The notes under the pieces are model-generated. The model was not told the DNA's origin. It worked only from the letters and a program-made list of their open reading frames with translations, and made no database searches. DNA of 64,000 bases from Anaeromyxobacter sp. GTDB lineage: Bacteria > Myxococcota > Myxococcia > Myxococcales > Anaeromyxobacteraceae. This document shows, piece by piece, positions 34,067 to 42,519 of the stretch. Position 1 is the first letter of the stretch, and every line of letters begins with the position of its first letter. Where the stretch lies: contig JASGJN010000013.1 of NCBI GenBank assembly GCA_049840735.1, forward strand, positions 352,001 through 416,000, in the 5' to 3' direction. Position numbers and translations under genes: made by a program.

Positions 34067-34948
34067 GTGACCACCTCCGCGCTCCGAGCCATCGGCATGC
34101 CGCTGGGGCAGGTGAAGGACGTCATCCTGCTCTCCAAGCCGCGCCTCTCGACGCTGGTGATGGTCACCTGCGGCGGGGGCATGTGGCTGGCCCCCGGCCA
34201 CATCACCCCGGCCCGCGCCATCCTGGCCGTGCTGGCCACCGCCGCCGTGGTGGGCGCCGCCAACGCGCTCAACTGCTTCCTCGAGCGCGACGTGGACGCG
34301 CGCATGCGCCGGACCCGCGACCGTCCCCTGCCCGCCGGCCGGCTCGACCCGGTGGTGGCGGTGGCGCTGGGGCTCCTGGTCCCGGTCTTCGCGCTGCCGC
34401 TGCTGGTGCTCTCCGCCGGGCCGGTCACCGCGGCGCTGGCGCTGGTGGCCCTCGTCACCTACGTGCTGGTCTACACGCCCATGAAGCGCCGCTCCTCGCT
34501 GGCGCTGCTGGTGGGCGCGGTGCCGGGGGCCATCCCGCCGCTGATGGGCTGGACCACCGTCACCGGCGGCGTGGGCGCGGGCGGGCTGGCGCTCTTCGCG
34601 CTCCTCTGCGCCTGGCAGCTCCCGCACTTCCTGGCCGTCTCGCTCTACCTCTGCGACGACTACGCGCGCGGCGGCATCCAGGTCTTCGCGCGCGTCCACG
34701 GCGAGCGGCGCACCCGCTGGGCCATCGCCGCCTCCACCCTGCTGCTCCTGCCGGTCTCGCTCCTGCTGGTGCCGCTGGGCGTGGCGGGCACCGGCTACGG
34801 GATCACCGCCGGCGTGCTGGGGACGGCGCTCTCGGCCTACGCGCTGGCCGGGCTGCGGGGCGAGGGCGGCCCCTGGGCCCGCCGCTTCTTCCTGGCCACG
34901 CTGGTCTACCTGACGGCGCTGTTCATTGCGCTGTTCCTCTCCCGGTGA
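34067..34948 (+). CDS. ctaB: protoheme IX farnesyltransferase (heme O synthase)
   Basis: LSKPRL, ERDVDARMRRTRDRPLPAG, YTPMKRR, GAVPGAIPPLMGW, WQLPHF, DDY. Confidence 0.93.
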   Translation: MTTSALRAIGMPLGQVKDVILLSKPRLSTLVMVTCGGGMWLAPGHITPARAILAVLATAAVVGAANALNCFLERDVDARMRRTRDRPLPAGRLDPVVAVALGLLVPVFALPLLVLSAGPVTAALALVALVTYVLVYTPMKRRSSLALLVGAVPGAIPPLMGWTTVTGGVGAGGLALFALLCAWQLPHFLAVSLYLCDDYARGGIQVFARVHGERRTRWAIAASTLLLLPVSLLLVPLGVAGTGYGITAGVLGTALSAYALAGLRGEGGPWARRFFLATLVYLTALFIALFLSR

Positions 34949-34952
34949 GCCC

Positions 34953-35918
34953 GTGCCCGCCGCAGCCACCCCCGCCGCCGCCCCCGCGGCCGCGCCGCGC
35001 CTGGCGCTGGAGGGGCTGACCTTCGCCTACGGCCCGCGCGAGGTGCTGCGCGGCGTCTCGCTGGAGGTGCAGCCCGGGGAGATCTTCGGCCTGCTCGGCC
35101 CCAACGGCGCGGGCAAGTCGACGCTCTTCTCCATCCTGGCCGGCCTGCTCGCGCCGGCCAGCGGCACGCTGCGGCTGGACGGCAGGCCCATCCCGGCCGG
35201 CGCCCGCGCGCTGCGCGCCGCCTCCGGCATCGTCTTCCAGGCGCCCGGCCTGGATGGGAAGCTGGGCGCCGAGGCCAACCTCCGGCTGGCCGCCGCCCTC
35301 CACTGCGTCCCCCGCGCCGACGCCAGGGCGCGCACCGCCCGGCTGCTGGCGGCGGCCGGCCTGGCCGACCGGGCCGGCGAGCCGGTGGAGCGGCTCTCCG
35401 GCGGCCTGCGCCGGCGGGTGGAGCTGGCCCGCGCGCTGGTCCACCGGCCGACGCTGCTGGTGATGGACGAGCCCACCACCGGGCTGGACGCCGGGGCCTT
35501 CCGCACCTTCTGGACCGAGGTGGAGCGGCTGCGGCGCGAGGAGGGGCTGACGGTGGTGCTGGCCACACACCGCCCGGACGAGGCCGAGCGCTGCGACCGC
35601 CTGGCGGTCCTGGCCGGCGGGCGGGTGGTGGCCTGCGAGACACCGGACGCGCTGCGGGCCCGGATCCCGGGCGACGTGGTGGTGGTGGAGGCCGACCAGC
35701 CCGAGGCGGTGGCGGCCGAGATCACCGCGCGGCTGGGGCTGCCGGCCCGCGTGCGCGACGACGGCGTGCACGTGGAGCGCGAGGCCGGCCACGAGCTGGT
35801 GCCGCGGCTGGTGGAGGCCTTCCCGCACGGCCGGCTGCGCGCAATCTCGCTGCGCCGGCCCACGCTGGCCGACGCCTACCTGGCCCTCACCGGCCTGGGG
35901 CTGGAGGAGGCCCCGTGA
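34953..35918 (+). CDS. ABC transporter ATP-binding protein
   Basis: GPNGAGKST, LSGG, MDEPTTGLD. Confidence 0.92.
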   Translation: MPAAATPAAAPAAAPRLALEGLTFAYGPREVLRGVSLEVQPGEIFGLLGPNGAGKSTLFSILAGLLAPASGTLRLDGRPIPAGARALRAASGIVFQAPGLDGKLGAEANLRLAAALHCVPRADARARTARLLAAAGLADRAGEPVERLSGGLRRRVELARALVHRPTLLVMDEPTTGLDAGAFRTFWTEVERLRREEGLTVVLATHRPDEAERCDRLAVLAGGRVVACETPDALRARIPGDVVVVEADQPEAVAAEITARLGLPARVRDDGVHVEREAGHELVPRLVEAFPHGRLRAISLRRPTLADAYLALTGLGLEEAP

Positions 35919-36703
35919 CCGGCGCGCTCGCCTACGACCTGGCCACGGTGGGGGTGCTGGCGCGCCGCGACCTGACCCGCTTCTTCCGCCAGCCCTCGCG
36001 CCTGCTGGGCGCGCTGGGCCAGCCGGTCATCTTCTGGGTGGTGATCGGCGGGGGCATGTCCGGCACCTTCCGGATGGACGGCGGCGGGCCCGGCTACCTG
36101 GCCTACTTCTACCCGGGCGTGGTGATGATGGTGGTCCTGTTCGCGGCCATCTTCACCACCGTCTCGGTGATCGAGGACCGCCACCGCGGGTTCCTCCAGA
36201 CGGTGCTGGCCGGCCCCGGCTCGCGCGGCGCGCTGGTGCTGGGCAAGTCGCTGGGCTCGGCCTCGGTGGCGCTCTCGCAGGCGGCGCTCTTCCTGCTGCT
36301 GGCCCCGCTGGCCGGCGTGGCCTATGGCGCGGTGGACTGGCCGCTGCTGGTGGCGGCGCTGGGGCTGTGCGCGCTGGGGCTGGCCGCGCTCGGGTTCGCG
36401 GTGGCCTGGGCGGTGGACAACGTGCAGGGCTACCACGCCATCCAGATGACCCTGCTGGTGCCGCTGTGGGTCATCTCCGGGGCCATGTTCCCGGTGCCGT
36501 CCGGGAGCGGCGTCCTCTCCACCGCGATGCGCTGGAACCCGGTCTCCTACGCCGTCTCGGCGGCGCGGCGTGCCATGGGAGGCCCGGACGCGCCCGGCGC
36601 CCTGCCCGGCGGCGCCGCCCGCGACCTGCTGGTCTGCGCCGCCTTCGCCGCCGTCGCGCTGGCGCTGGCCGCCCTCGCCGCCCGCAAGGCCCCCCGCCCA
36701 TGA
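35915..36703 (+). CDS. ABC-2 type transporter permease
   Basis: Six TMs, EDRHRGFLQ, SGAMFP, NPVSY. Confidence 0.9.
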   Translation: MTGALAYDLATVGVLARRDLTRFFRQPSRLLGALGQPVIFWVVIGGGMSGTFRMDGGGPGYLAYFYPGVVMMVVLFAAIFTTVSVIEDRHRGFLQTVLAGPGSRGALVLGKSLGSASVALSQAALFLLLAPLAGVAYGAVDWPLLVAALGLCALGLAALGFAVAWAVDNVQGYHAIQMTLLVPLWVISGAMFPVPSGSGVLSTAMRWNPVSYAVSAARRAMGGPDAPGALPGGAARDLLVCAAFAAVALALAALAARKAPRP

Positions 36704-37137
36704 CCCTCGCCGAGCTGCTCCCCCGCCTCAACGCCACCCTGAACGGCCTGGCCGGCCTGCTGCTCCTGGCCGGCTGGCTGGCCATCCGCAGCGGCGCGCG
36801 CGGGCTGCACCAGCGGCTCATGCTGGCGGCCTTCTCCTGCTCGGCGCTGTTCCTGGTGAGCTACCTCACCCGCGTGGCCCTGACCGGCGTGCACCCGTAC
36901 CCGGGCCAGGGCGCGCTGCGCACCTTCTACCTGGCGCTGCTCGGCTCGCACACGCTGCTGGCCGCGCTGGCGCTGCCGCTGGTGCTCCGCACGCTCTTCC
37001 TGGCCGTGAACGCGCGCTTCGCCGAGCACCGGCGCATCGCCCGCGTCACCTTCCCGGTCTGGCTCTACGTCTCGGTCACCGGCGTGGCGGTGTACGCCAT
37101 GCTCTACGAGGTGGCGCCGCGGCTGGCGGCGCCCTGA
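36700..37137 (+). CDS. DUF420 family membrane protein
   Basis: LPRLNATLN, HQRLM, FLVSY, HRRIARVTFPVWLYVSVTGV. Confidence 0.88.
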   Translation: MTLAELLPRLNATLNGLAGLLLLAGWLAIRSGARGLHQRLMLAAFSCSALFLVSYLTRVALTGVHPYPGQGALRTFYLALLGSHTLLAALALPLVLRTLFLAVNARFAEHRRIARVTFPVWLYVSVTGVAVYAMLYEVAPRLAAP

Positions 37138-37138
37138 G

Positions 37139-39385
37139 TCACTGCCCGATCAGCTTCGCCGCCTCGGCCACGTGCGGTGCGGCCGGGCAGGACTTCACGT
37201 AGGCGTCGAGCCGCCGCTTGCCGGTGTCGGTGAGGCCGGCCTCGGCCTCCAGCTTGCCGGCGCCCCAGAGCGCGTCGCAGCTGGCCGGGTCGCGCTCCAG
37301 CGCCTTCTCGTAGAGGTCCTTGAGCAGGGCCGGCCTGGCGCTGCGCGAGCGCTCGGCGTCGGCCATCTCGACGTAGGCCGCCGCCGCCCCGCCGCCGCCG
37401 CCGGCGCCGTACTCGTCGATGGCGGTGGTCAGCTCGACCAGCGCGCCGGGGATGTTGCCCTGGGCCCGGAAGAGCCGGGCCAGCGCCACGCGCGCGTCCG
37501 GGAACGGCTTCTGCAGCTGCATGGCCTTCTCGTACTGGCCGCGGGCCAGGTCGGCGTCGCCGGCCGCGCGGTAGGCGTCGCCCAGCAGCAGCGAGAGCCG
37601 CGGGTGGTCGCCGAGCCGCGTCACCGCGCGCTTCAGCGTCTCCAGCGCCTGCGGCGCGCCGCCGTCGCGGGCCAGCTGCGCGCGCACCAGGTCGGCCAGC
37701 AGCGACACGCGGCGGTTGTCGAGCGCCACCGCGCGCTGGAAGGCCTCCACCGCCGCGGCGGCGTCGCCGGCCCGCAGCTTGCGGACGCCCACCAGCCAGG
37801 GCAGGTCCGGGTTCTGCGGGTCGAGCTTGGCCGCCTCGGCCTCCTCGGCGGCGGCTTCCGAGGCCTTGCCGCGGGCCGCCAGCGCGCCGCCGCGGATGGC
37901 GTGCGCCAGCGCCTGCTGCGGCTTCGAGGCCTTGTCCGGCGCGGCCAGCACCAGGTCCGCGGCGCGGCCGGCCTCGTCGGCCTGCCCGCGCCCCAGCAGC
38001 ACCAGCGCCTTGCCCAGCACCGAGGGCAGGTGGTCCTTCTGGATGCGCAGCGCGTAGTCGTAGTAGCCGGACGCCTGCAGCTCGTACCCCTCGCCGCGCC
38101 GGCGGTACTGCTCGGCGATGAGCCAGGCGGTGCGGGCGTCGCCCGGGTTCATCTTCTGCGCCTTGGAGAGCGCGTCCCGCGCCGCGTCCAGCTCGCCCTG
38201 CTGGATCAGCACCGCGCCCAGCACCGCGGTGACGAAGGGGCTCTGCTGATCGCCCTGCAGCACCTGCTCCAGCCCCTCGCGCGCGGCCGCCACGTCGCCG
38301 GAGCGGGCCGCCAGGTAGGCCTGGGCCGCCACCAGGTGCGAGTGGGCGTGGCCCGGGTCGGCGCGCACGCCGGCCTCGAGGTGGGCCGCCGCCTCCTTCT
38401 TGAGGGCGTCGCCGCCGCCGTGCTCGGCCCAGAGCAGCGCGTCCACGTAGGCCAGGTAGGCGTGGCCGGCCTGCGAGCCCGGGTCGGCCTCGAGGATCTG
38501 CTCGCAGTTGCGCTGCGCGTCCAGGTAGGCCGGGTAGGCGTCGCGGTCGATCCCGTCCTTCACGTCCTTGAGCAGCCGCGCCACGGTCTCGGCCTGCGCC
38601 TTGCGCGCCTGCTGCCAGAGCAGCCAGCCGCCCAGCGCCACCGCCAGCACCGCCAGCAGCCCCAGCGTGGAGAGGAGCGCCTTGTGCCCCTTGCGCGCGT
38701 GGCCGTGGCGCTGGCCGTGCGGGATCTGGAAGGACTGGGTGCCGTACTTGCGCGCCAGCTCCTCCGCGTAGGCCACGTCCTGCGAGCGGCGCGAGGGGAC
38801 CGGCGTGGGGATGGGCACGTCCACCGACGGCTCGGCCACGTAGGGCGCGGGCGCGGCGGCGGCACCGGCCGCCACGCGCGGCGCGACCGGCGGGCCACCC
38901 GCGGCGGGCGCGGCGGCGGGCGCGGCGGCGGGCGCGGCGGGCGCGGGCGGGCGCGGGGCCGCGAAGACGATGCCGTGCCTGGACAGCAGCGCGCGCACCT
39001 CGGGGTCCTCCGGCGCCGCCTCGGCGGCGCGCCGCAGCGCGGCCTCGCCGGCGTCGCGCTCGCCCAGCCGCAGGTGGAGCTCGGCCGCCAGCAGGTTGGC
39101 CGCGACGAAGGCCGGGAAGGCGGCCAGCACCGCGCCGACCTCCTCGAGCGCCTTCCGATCCTTGCCCTGCGCCGCGATGACGCGGGCCAGGAGCACTCGA
39201 GCGCTCGGATCGTCCGGGTGCGCCTTCACGCCCTTCTTGCAGACGACCATCGCCTCCATGAGGCGGTTCGCCCCGAGGTAGGCCTCGGTCAGCGGTCGGT
39301 AGGCGTCCGAGCCGGGCTCGGAGGCGAAGGCGTGCTCCAGCGCTGAGATCTCTGCAGGGGTGAGCGGTCTTCCGGAGGTAGCCAT
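37139..39385 (-). CDS. membrane-anchored TPR protein
   Basis: Cytoplasmic TPRs, Pro/Ala linker, single TM, long TPR array. Confidence 0.85.
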   Translation of the reverse strand: MATSGRPLTPAEISALEHAFASEPGSDAYRPLTEAYLGANRLMEAMVVCKKGVKAHPDDPSARVLLARVIAAQGKDRKALEEVGAVLAAFPAFVAANLLAAELHLRLGERDAGEAALRRAAEAAPEDPEVRALLSRHGIVFAAPRPPAPAAPAAAPAAAPAAGGPPVAPRVAAGAAAAPAPYVAEPSVDVPIPTPVPSRRSQDVAYAEELARKYGTQSFQIPHGQRHGHARKGHKALLSTLGLLAVLAVALGGWLLWQQARKAQAETVARLLKDVKDGIDRDAYPAYLDAQRNCEQILEADPGSQAGHAYLAYVDALLWAEHGGGDALKKEAAAHLEAGVRADPGHAHSHLVAAQAYLAARSGDVAAAREGLEQVLQGDQQSPFVTAVLGAVLIQQGELDAARDALSKAQKMNPGDARTAWLIAEQYRRRGEGYELQASGYYDYALRIQKDHLPSVLGKALVLLGRGQADEAGRAADLVLAAPDKASKPQQALAHAIRGGALAARGKASEAAAEEAEAAKLDPQNPDLPWLVGVRKLRAGDAAAAVEAFQRAVALDNRRVSLLADLVRAQLARDGGAPQALETLKRAVTRLGDHPRLSLLLGDAYRAAGDADLARGQYEKAMQLQKPFPDARVALARLFRAQGNIPGALVELTTAIDEYGAGGGGGAAAAYVEMADAERSRSARPALLKDLYEKALERDPASCDALWGAGKLEAEAGLTDTGKRRLDAYVKSCPAAPHVAEAAKLIGQ

Positions 39386-39487
39386 CTCACGGGACACCAT
39401 AGCATCCGGCCGGGCCAAACGGAGCTTGACACCTCCTGGCCCGAACCGTTAGAGAGAGCGTCCCTCGTGACCTCGGGGGAAGCTTCG

Positions 39488-39564
<77 letters not shown>

Positions 39565-39569
39565 GTACC

Positions 39570-39601
39570 GAAGAGGCCCGGCGGAAACGCCGGGCCTCTT
39601 C
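39570..39601. terminator. intrinsic terminator-like hairpin after tRNA
   Basis: Perfect 14-bp stem GAAGAGGCCCGGCG-GAAA-CGCCGGGCCTCTTC followed by pyrimidine run; between convergent genes. Confidence 0.8.
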
Positions 39602-39631
39602 TCCTTCTGGTCTACCTGCTCGCACCTTGCG

Positions 39632-40918
39632 TCACACCGGCGCCTGGGGCGGTCGCCCGCCCGGGCGGCTGGCCTGGCGGCCGTCCACCAGCTCCACCGT
39701 GCGGGTGGGGAAGGCGAAGCTGGTCCCGGCCTGCTCCACCACCTCCATGAACCGGAGGTAGAGCGCCTGGCGGATGCGCGTGAACTCGGCCCAGTCGGTG
39801 GTGGTGAACCAGGCCACCACCTCCACGTTGAGCGACGAGTCCCTGAACTCGGTGAAGCGCACGCTGCAGGACTCGCTCCAGAACTTCGGCTCGGCCCGCA
39901 GCGCCGCCTCCACCCCCTCCAGCACCGCCTTCATCTGCGCGGCGCTGGTGTCGTAGGCCAGCCCCAGGTTCACGAACAGCCGGCAGCGATCGCGCGCCGC
40001 GAAGGTCTCCGTGCGCGTGTCGGCCAGCTTGCCGTTGGGGATGGTGACCAGGGTGCGGTCCTGCGTGCGGATGCGGGTGGAGCGCATGCCGATGGCCTCC
40101 ACCGTCCCCGACACGTCCTCCACCTTGACGAAGTCCCCCACCCGGAACGGCTGGTCCACGCCGATGGCGAGCGAGCCGAACAGGTTCTCGACCGTCTTCT
40201 GCGCGGCCAGGGCCAGCGCGATGCCGCCGATGCCGAGGCCGGCCAGCAGGCTCGCCACCTGGAACCCCAGCTCGCTCAGCACCGCCACGGCGCCGATGGC
40301 CAGCAGCACCAGCTTGGAGACCTTGCGCCCCAGCGGCAGCAACCCGACCAGCCCGGCGTTGGTGCGGGTCCAGGGCGCCTCCGCCAGCGCCGAGAAGGCC
40401 ACCTCCACCGCCCGGAACCCGGCCCAGAAGACCACCAGGTAGGTGAGGGCCCGCAGGATCCGCTCCAGCCCGGCCTCGGCGCCGCCGGAGAGCATCAGCC
40501 ACGGGGAGAGGAGCGTGATCACGCCCAGGCCCCACATCGCGGTCAGCGGCCCGGCCACGCGGTCGAGCAGCAGGTCGTCCCAGTTCGTGCGCGTGCGCGC
40601 CGCCAGGTGGCCCAGCGCGCGCCGGGTGGCCCACCCCAGCAGCGAGCCGAGGACGTAGGCCACGATCACCACCAGCGGCAGCCCCAGCCACTGCCACCAG
40701 AGCAGGCCGGCCGGGCCGGGCCGGCGCAGGGCCGGCGGCAGGTGCTCCTCGAAGAACGGGCGGGCCTCGACGCCGAGCCGCTGCAGCGCCTCGGCCTGGC
40801 GCGCCCGGGACGTCTCGGCCGCGGCGGCGGGCTCCTGCGCCGCGGCGGCCGGCGCCGGGGCGAAGGGCAGGAGCAGGGCGAGTGACAGGGCCGCGCGGGC
40901 CAGGGAGTGGTGGCTCAT
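39632..40918 (-). CDS. MscS-family channel
   Basis: GLGIGGIALALAAQKTVENLFGS, DQPFRVGD, IPNG, FAFPT. Confidence 0.93.
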   Translation of the reverse strand: MSHHSLARAALSLALLLPFAPAPAAAAQEPAAAAETSRARQAEALQRLGVEARPFFEEHLPPALRRPGPAGLLWWQWLGLPLVVIVAYVLGSLLGWATRRALGHLAARTRTNWDDLLLDRVAGPLTAMWGLGVITLLSPWLMLSGGAEAGLERILRALTYLVVFWAGFRAVEVAFSALAEAPWTRTNAGLVGLLPLGRKVSKLVLLAIGAVAVLSELGFQVASLLAGLGIGGIALALAAQKTVENLFGSLAIGVDQPFRVGDFVKVEDVSGTVEAIGMRSTRIRTQDRTLVTIPNGKLADTRTETFAARDRCRLFVNLGLAYDTSAAQMKAVLEGVEAALRAEPKFWSESCSVRFTEFRDSSLNVEVVAWFTTTDWAEFTRIRQALYLRFMEVVEQAGTSFAFPTRTVELVDGRQASRPGGRPPQAPV

Positions 40919-41008
40919 GGCCGCGCGAGGATAGCGCGGGCGGCCGGCGCCAGGCGGGTTAGATTGCCGCCGTGGCGCGGCCTCCGCCGGCGCCCGGAGG
41001 AGCCAGGG

Positions 41009-41284
41009 ATGCCGCGCGTCACCGACGAGTCGTTCCCCGAGGGCACCGAGCTGGTGCGCGTCTACCTGGCCGGGAGCGTGGCCGAGGCGGAGAAGGTGGA
41101 GCGCGTGCTGGAGGAGCTGGGCGCCACCTGGGTGGCGGAGCCGGAGACCTACGCCGCGCGCAACCTGCTCGGGTTCGGCTCCGAGCGGAAGGGCGTCGGC
41201 ATCTGGATCGAGACCGACGCCCTGGACCGCTGCGCCGACGCGCTCGAGCAGGCGCGCCTGGTGGCCGGGCTGGTGGAGCGCTGA
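41009..41284 (+). CDS. small hypothetical protein (DUF2007-like)
   Basis: GGAGGA RBS; LVRVYLAGSVAEAEKVERVLEELG pattern. Confidence 0.65.
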   Translation: MPRVTDESFPEGTELVRVYLAGSVAEAEKVERVLEELGATWVAEPETYAARNLLGFGSERKGVGIWIETDALDRCADALEQARLVAGLVER

Positions 41285-41314
41285 GATCGCGCGGGCGCCG
41301 CGCCCTGCCGCCGC

Positions 41315-41659
41315 TCAGCCCCTGGTCTTGGGCACCGGCTTGCCCTTCTCGAAGGCCGCGTTCTCGCCGAACTTGGCGACGATCTTCTTCTTGGTGTCGA
41401 GGCCGGTCTGCTCGATCACGAAGGTCGGCACGCGGCGGGCCCGGGCGTCGGCCACCCAGCGCGTGATCTCGGTGCGCGGGCGGCGGGCGGCGGCGGCGCG
41501 GGCGCGCGGGGCGCCCTTCCCGGCCAGCTCGCGCTCCAGCCCCTGCTGCACCAGGTCGCCGACCTGGCGCGCGATGGCGGCCGACACGCGCGCCACGACG
41601 CGGTCGGCGGTCTCGCGGATGATGGCCTCGATGGACTGCTCGCGGGCGGGTCTGGGCAT
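41315..41659 (-). CDS. small basic protein, possibly nucleoid-associated
   Basis: 114 aa; helical N-terminus, Arg/Ala linker, RWVADARARRVPTFV C-terminal domain. Confidence 0.7.
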   Translation of the reverse strand: MPRPAREQSIEAIIRETADRVVARVSAAIARQVGDLVQQGLERELAGKGAPRARAAAARRPRTEITRWVADARARRVPTFVIEQTGLDTKKKIVAKFGENAAFEKGKPVPKTRG

Positions 41660-41692
41660 GTGTGGATCCCTCGGTGGTTGGAGGCGGGCGCC

Positions 41693-41737
41693 ACCATAAC
41701 GCCTGCCCGCGCAATGTCCATGATTGGTTCGTGATTG
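41693..41737 (-). promoter_or_regulatory. putative sigma70 promoter with upstream direct repeat
   Basis: Minus strand CAATCA-N5-CAATCA abutting TGGACA-16bp-TATGGT. Confidence 0.5.
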
Positions 41738-41912
41738 CGAATGGGAGCTCCGGCGGGGCCGGAGGACAATCCTCCCCCGCCACGCCGCCGTTGCCCCTCC
41801 GCGCCACGCCCCCGACGGAGGGCCCCGTGGACCGGGGACGGCGCGCCGCCACCCCGGTGACGGCGGGGTGATATCTGCGGCCGCAAGCGACCGGATCCAG
41901 AGCCGATCGAGG

Positions 41913-41929
41913 CTGGCACGGCGCGTGCT
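41913..41929 (+). promoter_or_regulatory. putative sigma54 promoter
   Basis: CTGGCACGGCGCGTGCT fits TGGCAC-N5-TTGC; AGGAGA RBS and ATG follow. Confidence 0.6.
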
Positions 41930-41956
41930 TTTGCGCGGGTCCAGGAGACGACGTTC

Positions 41957-42514
41957 ATGCACCGCCCCTTCGCCCGCATCCCGCTCCGCCCCGGCGCCGC
42001 AGCCGCCGCGGTGAGCCGCCTGGCCAACGCCGTCGAGGCCCGCGCGCGCGAGCTGGCGCCGCTCATCGACCTGCACCGCGCGCATCTGGAGTCGTCGGCC
42101 CCCGGCCGCGCCCGCTCCACCGGCGAGCACGCGCTGGACCTGGTCGCGCTGGGGCTGCGCTGGAAGGAGCAGCAGGCGCCGGCGCCGCAGGCCGCGGGCC
42201 CGGAGGATCTCGACCGGCTGGTGCGGCGGCTGGCGGCGCGCCGCCACGACGCCTCGGAGCTCTCGCGGCTGGAGGCCTGGCGCGACTTCGCGCGCGCGGC
42301 GCGGACGCCGCAGGTGGTGGGGGACGCGCTGCAGCTGGCCGACTGGTTCGCCGCCGCCGTGGACGAGTCGCTGCCGCCCGACCTGGCCGACGCGGACGAG
42401 GCGCTCTCGCTGCTCCGCACCGAGCTTCTGGGCCGCGCCCTGCGGCGCCGCACGCTCCGCCCCGCCCCGGCCCACCCGCGGCCGCCCGCCGCCGCCGCTC
42501 GCGCGCGCGGATAG
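41957..42514 (+). CDS. hypothetical protein
   Basis: RBS AGGAGA, sigma54-like promoter, coding-like codon bias. Confidence 0.65.
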   Translation: MHRPFARIPLRPGAAAAAVSRLANAVEARARELAPLIDLHRAHLESSAPGRARSTGEHALDLVALGLRWKEQQAPAPQAAGPEDLDRLVRRLAARRHDASELSRLEAWRDFARAARTPQVVGDALQLADWFAAAVDESLPPDLADADEALSLLRTELLGRALRRRTLRPAPAHPRPPAAAARARG

Positions 42515-42519
42515 CCGGC

